A stretch of DNA of 64,000 bases from Nemertoderma westbladi (lineage: Eukaryota > Animalia > Xenacoelomorpha), in assembly GCA_032718475.1 (NCBI GenBank), contig JAUCBJ010000407.1, forward strand, positions 1 to 64,000, in the 5' to 3' direction. The notes under the pieces were generated by a model. It made no database searches. It was not told the origin of the DNA and saw only the letters and a list, made by a program, of their open reading frames with translations. The position numbers and the translations under genes are program-made. This document shows, piece after piece, positions 52,002 to 64,000 of this stretch (position 1 is the stretch's first letter; every line of letters starts with the position of its first letter).

Positions 52002-53209
52002 CTTTTATTAGCCACAGTAGTAAAAAAATAAAATAATAATTTAATCCTCAATTAAATGTATCTGGAATAATTTCTTAGTCATGGCTAGTAGCCTAATTTT
52101 TAATAGATAGTCGGGAACAGGGGCAATAACATTTACTACCGGTAGCTAGTTTTTTCATACAAAATATAGATATGACCGTCAAAATAAGGTTTTTTGGCCT
52201 AATTCAGAAATTTACAATATAATATAAGTTTTTTATTTTAACAATGTTTTTAGTACGGGTTGTACAGTATATAACTAACTATCTCCGTACTACCGTTAAA
52301 TTTTTTTCCAAAAAAATGTTGTAGAACAAAAATATGTGTTATAGAAAGAACATTAATATATTTATCGTAATTGATTGCAACATGTTTTAGAATATTTTGA
52401 AAAGGGTAGCAAAAACTAGCTAGTTTAAACATATTAGGTTTTTCAAACAAAATGTTCGAGAACAAAAAGTGTATTCTAGAACATTAATAACTGTATTTTT
52501 CTTAATTGATGGTAACATTTAAAAAATGTAGCGAAAACTATGTATCTACTGTAGTATAAAAAATCTGTGGTCTATTGGTGCCAAATTATAATACCGAAAA
52601 TACAAAAATAAGCTAAAGGCCTATATGAACAGCTAAAGGTTACTTTTAAAGGTTAATCAATAACAAAAAAAACAGACTCTAAATCTACTATTATACAGTA
52701 GTAGTCCTATATACCGTATTTACTTTTAAGCTTTTTTTTACTATAAAGTTTATAGCGGTGCCGGTATTCAATTATATTTATTTAAAACCTGATCTAGAAC
52801 GAGAAATATTTGTTGCATATAAATTAATATTTTCTTAAAAGAACAGTTTAACAAGTATTTTTTAAAACAAAATTTAGAAAAAAACAATTATCAGTAACTG
52901 TACAGTAATACAAAACATTTGGAGGTGTTTGTGCAGACGCACTGATGTCGCAATAAACACAATGTAGGCCTACAAAAAACACAAAACAGATTGCACAGGT
53001 ATATTGATATGATGCTCAGCAGTTTACAGAAATTTGTTCAGCATTCAAACTAACAGCTAGTAAAATTGTATTATATTGTGTTTAGGAATTCATTGTTTCT
53101 AAAGCGACAACTAAACGCGTTTACCAAATTTCCTTACAGTTTGGCTGTATGCGCGCACATACAAATACACAAATAATCTGGATACATAATAATACTATTG
53201 TAGTTCCAC

Positions 53210-54261
53210 CAAGGTGTACTAAATAACAGGTCATGCAGCGAGCTAATTGCTGAAATTAGCGGAGGCCGATCGTTTCCCTATTTATGGCACGTTTTTCATA
53301 ATATTTCCTTAGAAACTTCTATTAGGCTTCTTTGGTTAGGTGGATATGATGACTAGGATTCATAGAAATGTAATAAACAGTCTCTCTGGAATTTTTATCT
53401 TGTAGTTGCCAAGGTAACCGGGTGCAAAGTTCAAACTTTGCGTGCCTGTATTTCAAGGCGACAATGGATTCTTCCCTTGAGATTTGGTAGGTGAGTAAAG
53501 GGAATAAAAGTCTATCAAAATATTTTACATTTGAATTTGTTTACATTCCCGTTGCCATGGAAATAAGTAGAATGAAAAATTTAAAAATTGTCTACTAATT
53601 CTATAAGAGACCATTTTTATTCGGTTTGTCTGTCTAAACAATAAGTTAAAATTGCCAACATTTTATTTTATAATTCGTCAATTGTGAATCATATTCCAAA
53701 AAGTCAATATTTGCAAATAAACTAAACTGTCCAATCAGAGAGCAAGACCTGTAATAGCATGATTTTGACGTTCCAGAATATTAAATTTCGGTTAGCAAAT
53801 ATTAGAAATAAAGTTCAGCCACCAGGCATGTTTGTTGAAAATTATATAAGTAGTAAATAGTAGCCCAATTTCAATCTGGCGGTCATAATGGGAAATTATC
53901 GTAATTCCCGTCACCATGGAAACGGGATTGAAAAATAAATTAAATGTAAAATAATTTGATAGACTTTTATTCCCTTTACTCATATACCAAATCTCAAGAA
54001 CAGAATCCCTTGTCGTTTTGAATTACAGACGCTCGAAATTTGAACTTTGCACCCGGTTACCTTGGCCACCAAGATAAAAATTCCAGAAACAAATTTTATT
54101 ACATTGCTATGAATCCTAGTCATCATATCCACCTAACCAAAGAAGCACAAAAGAAGTTTCTAATGAAATATTATGAAAAAGTGCCATAAATAGGGAAACG
54201 ATCGGCCTCCGCTAATTTCAGCAATCCGCTCGCTGCATGACCTGTTATTTAGTACACCTTG
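53210..54261. mobile_element. P-element-like foldback MITE
   Basis: CAAGGTGTACTAAATAACAGG...CCTGTTATTTAGTACACCTTG; 8-bp TSD AGTTCCAC (53202-53209, 54262-54269); arms about 350 bp. Confidence 0.88.
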
Positions 54262-54836
54262 AGTTCCACCATCCGATCTCGATACCTCAGACATGAAAAC
54301 ATTCAAATTGTATTGATTACCGCAAAATTGCGGACAATAAAGACTTTAATGTGCGCATTTATTTGCGGACAATAAATAAAGTAATTATCCGATTAATCTT
54401 ACATAAATGCGGATATTAAATTCTAGATCGATTGATTGGATCGTTGGAAATGATAAATATATTTAGCATTAAAATGTTTAGTTGTAGGATCCTTTACTCC
54501 AGTAGCTACAGTGCAGTAGTTTAATATAATTTTTGGTTTGAATATTCCATTAACGTTCTGGAATATCATCTTCACTTCACAAATTATATCTAGTTAGCTA
54601 CTATTATTTAATTACACAATGGTGCTAAATTTACCTCAAATTTGCGATAAATTTGTTACGTTAAACTTCTAATTGATATGTGAATAATTTAAAATTTTAA
54701 TATTTTCTCATGTAATAAATAATTAATGTATGTAAAATAAATAAAAAATTTAATTTCGTTCTTAAATTGGTACTTTTTTGTTGTTGCTCAATTATTTAGG
54801 CCTAATAAAAGATATAGCGATATACTACAGAACAGT

Positions 54837-55889
54837 CAAGGCGTACTATATACAAGGCCATGCCATCGAGTTAACAGGGGGCGGTGACTGGGGGCAATAT
54901 TTTTATATTTTATATATATTATATTTTATACAACAATTTTATATTTTGATATGGGAGGAGTTCTATAAAGTTTCATTTGCTGCAATTTGACCAATGGACG
55001 TAATTGAAGTCTCTTCGTTAAGTAAGATACAAAATTTTATAGATTGATGTAGTGTAGATATAGTGTTTTAGATAGGTTTAGCTAGTAATTTCGACATTGG
55101 TTCCGACATCCTACTTCCCTCTATAAATATTTTGTAGTAGCTAGTTCTTTTTACTATTTGTATAGAAAATGTTCCAGAACATGTTAGCTATTCATTTTTT
55201 AAAAAAATTTTGTTCTAGAACAAATATTTTTTGTTCTAGAACATTTATTAGAAAAAATCTGGATTCTATTTAAAACACATGGAATCGTTCAAAAACGTGT
55301 TTGAAATCAATAAAAAAAATTGTGAAAAAAAATATTGTGAAATTTTTTTTTTTTTAATTGTGAATTTTTTTTATTGATTTTAAACACGTTTTAGAACGTT
55401 TCCATGCGTTTTAAATAGAATCCAGATTTTTTTTAAATGTTCTAGAACAAAAAATATTTGTTCTAGAACATAATTATTTTTAAAAATGAATAGCTAACAT
55501 GTTCTGGAACATTTTCTATACAAATAGTAAAAAGAACTAGCTACTACAAAATATTTACAGAGGTAAGTAGGATGTCGGAACCTCGGAACCAGTGTCAAAA
55601 TTACTAGATAAACATATTTAAAACAGCTACCATAAAATGTTTTATCTTACTTAACGAGGATGCTTCAATTACGTCCATTGACCAAATTGCAGCAAATGAA
55701 AATTTATAGAACTCTCCCCATATCAAAATATAAAATTGTTGTAAAATAAATCTTGCCCCCAGTCACCGCCCCCAGTTAACTCGATGGCATGGCCTTGTAT
55801 ATAGTACGCCTTTGACCACAGTACAGTTATCAGCAGCAACGTATCATGGCCTTTACTCGATGGCATGGCCTTGAATATAGTACGCCTTG
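54837..55889. mobile_element. P-element-like foldback MITE with a duplicated right terminus
   Basis: CAAGGCGTACTATAT... termini; flanks AGAACAGT / AGTACAGT (7 of 8 match); near-complete palindrome centred at about 55330; second right end at about 55775-55814. Confidence 0.85.
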
Positions 55890-55914
55890 AGTACAGTACG
55901 GTAAGTTAGTGTTA

Positions 55915-56116
55915 AGCCGCGTTCATACTACCGAGTCAACGTCAAAGTCAAAGTCAAAAGAAAATAAATATAGCTAGCTAGCAATAATAAATAGTAATAC
56001 ATTATGTAGGCCTAATATAATGTATAATGGCGTTCTAGAAAAAAATAAATTTCTTGTTGTTTTTTTTACATTTTGTCTTTTGACTTTGACTTTTACTCAG
56101 TAGTGTGAACGCGGCC
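55915..56116. mobile_element. Harbinger/Tourist-like MITE
   Basis: (A/G)GCCGCGTTCA TIR with GTCAAA subterminal repeats; TTA on both sides. Confidence 0.75.
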
Positions 56117-56488
56117 TTACAAAATAAATTAAAATGCAGTATTTTACTATATTGCTTCCATAGTTACTACGCGGTTCAAATTTTTGTACTCTTCAACACT
56201 TTGATGCTGCCTTACTGTACTCAATGTTAAATAATTTAGTGTTCTCGAATATTTATTATATGAACATGATATACATAAACCAATATTGGATATTGAGTTC
56301 CCTTTTAGAGTACGCCTTGCAGACATTAAAGATGCAATAGTTTTTGAGAGTGTAAATGGATTTTGCTCAAATCACTTTTACAAACCTTTTCTACTTCAAT
56401 ACTCCTTCAATACATGTCATAAAATTTAAGAAATTCCCCCAAAAATATTTTAATTTACGTTTTTCGCTGGAAAGATTTTCCTCCCTAA

Positions 56489-56785
56489 AGGCCATGATAC
56501 ACACCACAGGAGCGGCGAGCGGTAGCGGCGGGCGGCCACGGCGAGCGGCCGATGTGAGCGGCGACTTTTAGTATGATACACACCACAGGAGCGGCGAGCG
56601 GTAGCGGCGGGCGGCCACGGCGAGCGGCCGATGTGAGCGGCGACTTTTAGTATGATACACTATAGGAGCGGCGAGCGGCAGCAGCCATTTGTGGTGTATC
56701 ATCACCCATAGAAAATAATCTGTTCTATTTTAAAAAGTGGCCGCTCGCCGAGGCCGCTCGCCGCTCCTGTGGTGTATCCTGGCCT
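56489..56785. mobile_element. Harbinger/Tourist-like MITE with an internal ~79-bp duplication
   Basis: AGGCCA..GATACAC..CACAGGAGCGGCGAGCGG TIR; TAA at 56486-56488 and 56786-56788. Confidence 0.8.
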
Positions 56786-57343
56786 TAAGGAAAGAAGTAC
56801 TCCCATTTTATCCCGATTTTGGGATTATTCGTATTCGAGCGAAAAAGTAACAATTTAACAATAATAATACTTTCTTTTTGTACCAAGAAGAATTTTTTGT
56901 ACAAAAATAAAGTATTTTTATACAAGTTGCAGCAACTTGTTGCTGGAGTCCTTACACACAGAGTTTCGGAAACAAGTTGCAGCAACTTGTTGCTGGACTC
57001 CTCGACACAGATACAAGTTTCGGAAAGAAGTTGCAGCAACAAGGTTCTGTGTGTGAGGGAGTTCAGCAACAAGTTTCAGAAACAAGTTGCTCCGTGTGGA
57101 GGGGAGCCTAAAGCCTAGACAGTATCTGAATTCGGTAATGGTAATTATGATGAATTAAGTTTCAGTTTCAGTCATAAGAAAAAGAGAACCGTCATCGGCT
57201 CGCAGGGTACAATGTGGCTGGCTAGGTTTACAGTTTACTGACGCATCTGTCTGCACTTCTGTAGTCCACGCCTAAATACCTACCGGTATCTGTTAACCGA
57301 ATAACTCTCTACTCAGCTATCTGCAGTTGTGCAGTAAGGAAGA

Positions 57344-58141
57344 ATGGATAATTCTGTCGGTAGGCCTGCCGGTACTGCTGTGGCAGGAGTTAAGTTTTGT
57401 GAGGAAAGCAACGAACCGATTGGCTGCAAACATTATCAGCGTCTGTGCGGATTAATCTGTCCTCTGGGTAGTTGCGGGGTGGCCTACGTCTGCCGACTGT
57501 GCCACGACGAGGATCTAACAGACCATAGTCTCGACCGGCACAAAGTCTCCACTGTCATCTGCCTCAAATGTAAAACTCATCAGCCGGCAACTCTTGGCGA
57601 GTGTTCGCGTTGTCCGACTAGATTCGCCTCTTACTTTTGTGAAATTTGTCGTTTTTACGACAATCAGGATAAACAACAGTTCCACTGCCCAGACTGCGGG
57701 ATTTGTCGAGTTGGTGGTCGCGAAAACTACTTCCATTGCGATAAGTGCGGTATTTGCATCTCCAAATCCATGCGGGAACGCCACAGATGCATCGATTCGG
57801 TATCTCGCAACGATTGTGCCGTATGTATGGACGATCTTCACTCTTCCACAACGGCGCTAGTGCAGAACAATTGCGGTCATATGATCCACGACCTCTGCTT
57901 CAAATCAATGCTTTCTCACGGGAAGTTCGCTTGTCCCTTGTGCAATAAGTCTATGGTGGACATGGGTTCGTTTTGGGAGGAATTGGACCGAGCGACGGCT
58001 AGCACACCAATGCCTGCTGAAGTCGTGGAATCAGTACGGATTCTTTGCAACGACTGCAATCGATTTGACAATGTGGAATTCCATATATTTGGTTTAAAAT
58101 GCCCTCATTGTGGTTCCTATAACACAACTAAAGAGAGTTAA
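57344..58141 (+). CDS. RCHY1: RING finger and CHY zinc finger protein (Pirh2 E3 ligase), single exon
   Basis: CHY domain GCKHYQR..CRLCHD..HSLDRHKV, CTCHY, RING-H2 CAVC..CGHMIH..C..CPLC, C-terminal zinc ribbon CNDC..FHIFGLKCPHCGSYNT. Confidence 0.95.
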   Translation: MDNSVGRPAGTAVAGVKFCEESNEPIGCKHYQRLCGLICPLGSCGVAYVCRLCHDEDLTDHSLDRHKVSTVICLKCKTHQPATLGECSRCPTRFASYFCEICRFYDNQDKQQFHCPDCGICRVGGRENYFHCDKCGICISKSMRERHRCIDSVSRNDCAVCMDDLHSSTTALVQNNCGHMIHDLCFKSMLSHGKFACPLCNKSMVDMGSFWEELDRATASTPMPAEVVESVRILCNDCNRFDNVEFHIFGLKCPHCGSYNTTKES

Positions 58142-58470
58142 TTTTATGTGACTTAAAGTAAATAATTTTCTCACCAAGGCAAATTTAAAAGTAGTAAACA
58201 ATCTTTTAGATCAGGCAAGAATCAAGCAAGAACTATCTTTTGGTCATTTTTAGAATATTTTTAGCATTTTTTAATTATGTGGTAATTATCTGAAAATTTC
58301 ATTTCATTATTAACACTAAGTTTGAATTTGTTAAACTTTTAGTGAGTGATACCTATTTTATTTTAGGAACATACAGACAAAAAAAGATATTAAATTCATA
58401 CAATACGAATACCCCATTTCCTGGAATATATTGCCGCAATTCAGGTGACATGGTTTACTTTTATAACTAT

Positions 58471-60134
58471 ATTTATTACCCTGATATTTTGTTATTTTTC
58501 CGGTTATTTTAACCCGAGGAACAGGAACTAGCCGAGGCGTAGCCGAGGCTTTCCTGTTCCGAGGGTTAAAATAACCGGAAAAATAACAAAATATCAGGGT
58601 AATAAATGTGTTGTTACCAACTAATCTCGGAAAAAATAACCAACTACATCATGTTTATATCAAGAAGCCACTATTAATTTACAATATACCAAACCCATCC
58701 AGATACCCTAGATTTCTAAAAGGGTTTTGTTTGGGGGTAGAAATATAAAAATGGGGCTTGGAAATTTTGGGGGGAGACACTAATTACAAATTAATAAATA
58801 ACACGAGCGGCCAAGGCATAAAATAAATAAATAACATGAGCGGGCCTATGCCTAACAATTTCCCCCTGGCGGGTAAACTGGAATAAAGTAAAAAAAACAA
58901 ATAAATATAATAGATTAAATAATAAAGTAATATAAAATAAATGATGGAAAATACTAGAATTTATTTCCATTCCACAGTATGTATAGGTAACACGATGATA
59001 GTGATGGGAGTCTACTCGGGACAGCTGAGAGCGTTACATCGTGTGGAATTGGGTGAGACACAATGTAGACAGAACCATTCGTGTGAGAATAGGTGAATGT
59101 AGGCTTACCATACTGTATACGATGTACCAATTTAACTTAAGAATAAACTTACGTCATTACAGTATATGAGAAAAAAGTAGAACATTTTGTTTCTCAATAT
59201 TCTCTCAACCCTTTATTAACCTCGCTGAAGCTCGGTAAATAAAATGCCTCGAGAATAATGAAAAAAAGTTCTATTTTTTTCCCATGTAATAAATAATTAT
59301 TTATTCTTAAATTGTTACTTTTTCGCCCGAATTTAGACCAAAATCTGGAGAAAACATTTAACTTTTTTTCCTGGCGAAAAAAGTAAAATATAATATTTTT
59401 GGTGGAATTTCTTAAATTGTATTACCGTTGTACCGGTACCGTAGTTCTACAGCATTGTGCATGTGCAGTATGTAAACCTACGTTATTTACAACTGGTAGG
59501 TACAAGTCTGTCTGTCTGGTACGTTCGTCTTTACGGTAGAATCGTAGAAACTGTTGAGAATGGCATTCCTGCCATGATCAGGATGCTGCTGTCCATAATT
59601 GTCAAATACCGAAAGTAAAAGATCTCTGAGTAGGCTGAGTTGAGTGTGCAATCTGAACTTGTAGTGTAGGCCTACCAGTACTGCATTTCCCGTTTAGTTT
59701 GCCAGTACCGGTACATTAAATTATTGCCCAATATGCTCTGTTCTGTAGGCGTACCGGTCAGGTAGGTTTTGTAGTTGCAAGGCAGTGATGTGATTGAGAC
59801 CTTAAAGGAAGCTGTGGTACCACTACCGGTACTGTACGATGCATGCAGTCAGTCTACCTACAATCTGAACTGAAAACATACCATAGGCCTACGATAGTCT
59901 TATTCTTATAACTTTCACTTTCACTCATGTTAGTAAAGGTAACCGGTACCGTAAGCTAACTACTGTATTCACAACACGGCAAACAGGCATAAATATAATT
60001 TCAACATGCAGATTGCAGATACCGGAGTGTTGAAAAATAAATGTGTTATTTTTTCCTAGGACTAAAATAACACTATTTTTAGATAGGTTATCATTGCGAT
60101 TGTGTTATTTTTTCCGGGATTGGTTGGTAACAAC
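58471..60134. mobile_element. Non-autonomous element with a long terminal hairpin and an asymmetric inverted repeat (Helentron- or Crypton-like)
   Basis: Near-perfect palindrome 58471-58607 with GCCGAGGCGTAGCCGAGGC in the loop; 58610-58640 is inverted against 60104-60134; second related hairpin at about 59165-59285. Confidence 0.55.
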
Positions 60135-61466
60135 TACAATTATTAAGGCAATTATGACTTGCATATGTTATTTATTGTTTGTCTGTCGGACTGATATGTC
60201 AGTCAACAAAACACACAATTATTGCTAAAAGTGCGTTTTTCTTAGAATTGTGTTTTGCCTCTAACCCCCTTTTTAGATACCCGTTCACAATTACATAATA
60301 CTTGAACTGAATTAGGTTAATTGAAACGCTGAGTTGGGCTACTAAAATATTCAGCTAACACAACACAATCACCATTTACATAGTTTGTAAAAAAATTGTG
60401 AGATTGGCAAGTTAGGCCAAATTTTGTTTAAATTAAAAAGTGTGCTGCCTTGGATAATGGTTCCGGAGTTCTGACAAAATCCTAGGACTCAGACTCCAAC
60501 GTAAAAAAAATAAATTTGACTCCGACGCCGACCAAAATTTTTCCAAAACTGAAAATATAAAAAATATTTTAAAATGTAATGAATGACGCGGATAAATTTA
60601 ACAATTATTGTCATAAAAAAACGTCCATTTTTGAATGAATAAAAAACATAATTTTGGTATAAATAACGCAAAATTTTACAGTCGAAGTACTGTATAGTTT
60701 TTTTTAAATTTTCTCTGGACTCCGACTCCAGCTATAAACATGGACTCCGGCACCGGCGGACTCAGACTCCGCATAAAGGCACTTCCTTGGAGTACTTTTT
60801 AATATAAATTTAAGAATATGATAACAAATTAACGCGATTAAAACATATACTTACTGTATAGTATAATATCGCTCGTACATAGAGGAGCATGATTAATAGT
60901 GTAGTAGCCATTTCAAGAATTATAACCTCTTTTGAAAAAGTGAAAAATACATGAAACTAACCGGATATCAGGAAGTGCAATCTGGTGCACCCCATCCACT
61001 ATTATAAAAAAATTGCAAGATATTATAATATTATTATCAAATCTTATAACTTTATCATACTGTATCTTATCTTCTATGCCTTATTATTCAAATACAGTAC
61101 TTTTTATTATTTGCAGTTATTATATTTTAGTTGTTTTCATTTCATATATATTTGCGAAATTTGTTATAGAAATTGTAGATATAATGTCGGCTAATAACCT
61201 CCATCTAAATATATCTTTATGATAAATTACCGATACCTTTTTCTGATGTCATTAAAATGATCATGAAAAACGAGAACCGTGATAATTAAAAAGTGAATTG
61301 CGTAATATAAAGTCCTCATTATGAATGGATGAAGTTTTTGTGTCGTGCGTCCACGGAAATACGTCCACACAATATGTACACCCAATTATACACCTTGCCA
61401 TGGCTTGCCTCATTTTGTAAACAGTTAAGCGTGGTTTAGTTTGTGGTCTGGGGGCTGTGCTAATTC

Positions 61467-61751
61467 GAGACAGGGGGGGGGGGGGGGGGGGAAACTGGAC
61501 GCAAATAATGGTCTTCGCGAATTAATATGGACGCAATGAAAATTCATCCCTCTCCAGGGGAAATTGGACGCAAATAACAGATGATTACTCTCAATAATAA
61601 CACAGTTCGCTGTTCTATTGTGTTTAGTTTATTGTTTTGGTTAAAATATCGTGCCACTGTAACCTGCTCCTTTCCCTAAATTGAGAATTTAACATTGAGG
61701 CGGATATTAATTCGCCAAGGCGGGTTTTGCGTCGAGTTTCCCCCCTGTCTC
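61467..61751. mobile_element. MITE-like element with GAGACAGGGGGG termini
   Basis: GAGACAG(G)nAAACTGGACGCAAA ... TTTGCGTCGAGTTTCCCCCCTGTCTC; the same left end occurs at about 47823; no clear TSD. Confidence 0.55.
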
Positions 61752-62669
61752 TGAATTTTTATTACGTCCAGTTTCCCCCCTATTTGGTTTGGCTAATTCA
61801 ATACATCGAAGGTTGTATGGCCAGACCTTTCAACGCAACCATAATTTATTCCTCTCCAGGGGAAATTGGACGCAAATAACAGCTGATTACTCTAAAAAAA
61901 TAGAATTGAATACCTATTCTATTGATTTTCGTTTATTGTTTTGGTTGGATTAACGTGCCACTGTAACCTGTTCCTTTTCCGAAATTGATAAATTAACATT
62001 GAGACAAGCAATTAATTCACCGAGACAATTTCCCCCGACGCGCCCTGTCCCCTGTGGTCCGTGCATAACTGTTCGAACCTAACAGTTATGCATGCAGTAT
62101 TCTTCGTGAAACCGTGACGGGGGGGGGGGGGGGGGGGAGCTTAGCTGGACGCAAGGCCGCATCTCCCCCGCATATTAATTTGCCGATTTGAGGAAGATCG
62201 CGAGTCATACTGTATGATATGTAGGAATGTAATTTAAGTGAATGGAGAGCTGATGAATATGGAGAGCTGATGTTTAAGTGAATGAATTTAATGGAACGCA
62301 TCTGTCAGAGAAGGAGAAGAAAGAAAAGTAATTATTGTTATCCCGTATATCGGCCATTATGATAAATACTAACAGTGGGCCTATTGGCTGATTGGTATAA
62401 TGCTCAACCACAAACCAGATGTTATTTTAAACGTGTTGTGTAAGCAGAGTATATCAGTTTATTATATCACAATGATTTAGCGACTGAAATAAATTGTGCG
62501 GTACAGTTCGATCTGTTCTGCAGTACCTACCGTTACCGGTACGTTCTGCCCGCTCTGTCCAGTCAAATGATTCTAAACCAGTAATATACGCTAGGCCTAT
62601 TAATTGATGGCTAAGTACCGACGCTGAAGGCTTTTACTTTATTCGATGTGGATCTAACGAATATAAACT

Positions 62670-63518
62670 ATGTCTAAATCCAGTTGTACCGCTTTGATAA
62701 TCCTGATTATACTACTGGTGTTTATTTTATTATCTGGTTTACGGATTCCAGATTACATTGTTAAAATACTCAAATCTATAGAGACTCTGAATTATTGGCA
62801 AGGTGCTTGTTTGTTACTTTCTCTATATACGCTGGTTTCTTTCCCTATCGTCTGGGGTTACTCTCTGCTACCCGTGGCCTCGGGGTATTTATATGGACTC
62901 TATATCGGGATTATTCTAAACGTTCTCTGCGCTCTCTGCGGAGTCCTTGCGTCTCATCTTTGCATGAGATACCTCTGTCACAACACTGTAATCACACGTA
63001 TCCACAACATCGATTCTTTACAAACTGTAATGTTGGCTCTAAACGGCGACTATAGTTGGAAGGTTGTTGCTTTATTAAGATTAACTCCTTTGCCCTTTGG
63101 CCTACAGAACGCCATATTTGCCGCGAGCAATATAAACAGTTTAGTTATGGCAACGGCTTCTTGCATCGGACTGCTACCTATGCAGATATTGAGTTCGTAT
63201 ATCGGGACTACAGTGAGATCGATGGAGGAAGTTATCGAACAGAAATCCAGCTCGAACTCGTTGTGGTTGCTAATGGGTTTCCAACTAACTCTCTTGCTGA
63301 TTCTCGGTTCGTATTTCTACCACCACGCCAACGTCCATCTCAATCTGGTGTTAGGCGAACCGCAACCCCGGTCAAGTAAAACAGTCCGGTCCGCTACACT
63401 ACACAACTTCGCTATGACTACTTTTCGCATCGGCAGGCGGGGTTTCCGTAGATTCGCCGCCTGTCTATTCCCTCGTATTGACAACGTGATAGTGCGCCCG
63501 CCGGCTTTTTCCGTCTAA
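62670..63518 (+). CDS. TMEM64: TMEM64-like VTT/DedA (SNARE-associated Golgi) membrane protein, single exon
   Basis: Multiple hydrophobic segments; FPIVWGY, GYLYG, KVVALLRLTPLPFGLQNAIF, YIGTTVRSMEEV motifs typical of TMEM64. Confidence 0.88.
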   Translation: MSKSSCTALIILIILLVFILLSGLRIPDYIVKILKSIETLNYWQGACLLLSLYTLVSFPIVWGYSLLPVASGYLYGLYIGIILNVLCALCGVLASHLCMRYLCHNTVITRIHNIDSLQTVMLALNGDYSWKVVALLRLTPLPFGLQNAIFAASNINSLVMATASCIGLLPMQILSSYIGTTVRSMEEVIEQKSSSNSLWLLMGFQLTLLLILGSYFYHHANVHLNLVLGEPQPRSSKTVRSATLHNFAMTTFRIGRRGFRRFAACLFPRIDNVIVRPPAFSV

Positions 63519-64000
63519 CCAACCCGTCCCGTTAGAGTTATTTTTGCATTAAATAACGACATGTTTCTAACAATCTCTCGGGTTCATGGTGAATTCCTTA
63601 GTGTGGGAATGGAGTCGTTACGACTTTCGAAATCGGATCGAACGCGTTCACAATAGTGTTTGGCGGTGCAGTTCCAAAGCCTCTTAAAATTAGAAAAAAT
63701 TTCGCACTGGTGTAGTCCTAAGCATTGTTTAGCGTTGGTACTTTCGTCTACCTCAGCGGTTGGGTAAATGAGAACCTAACTTTTTGTGGGAATATTAATA
63801 AACTTCAGTCGCATTCATTATAGTTAATTTGTCCCTAATTGTGTGTTTCTAATTATTTTTTACGTATAAATGTATTTCCATACGGGTTAATATTCCTGAA
63901 GTACTCCTACAGCTTAAATCGTAAATATCTCAGGATTAGCTAAGACGACATGGATTCCTCATTTTTTGATTTAGCGGACATTCTTTTTTATTCAATTAAC

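Overview
AT-rich, repeat-dense eukaryotic DNA, probably from an invertebrate animal (taxon not determinable from sequence alone). Three recognisable host genes each have a single-exon CDS: a type-I PKA regulatory subunit (48435-49391, -) that lacks the D/D domain and starts with a dual-acylation-like MGGC N-terminus, RCHY1/Pirh2 (57344-58141, +) and a TMEM64-like VTT/DedA protein (62670-63518, +). Two orphan ORFs (C2H2 finger plus acidic repeats; 14-aa repeats plus Myb/SANT-like domain) lie among satellites at 3-8 kb. Most of the rest is transposon-derived. The centrepiece is two ~7.6-7.8 kb Chapaev-like foldback elements inserted 45 bp apart. Both carry an antisense RTE-LINE fragment, and each has different nested insertions that the other copy confirms as empty sites. 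Also present are a solo LTR and a truncated 3' LTR, Tc1/mariner, MULE-, P-, Merlin-, Harbinger- and Kolobok-like non-autonomous elements, and tRNA-derived SINEs. Comparing paralogous repeats shows short TA-duplicating insertions (TA-GGCC-TA, TA-CAG-TA) that look like cut-and-paste excision footprints; such words cluster in islands, some just upstream of genes. No CRISPR array, rRNA or intact tRNA is supported.
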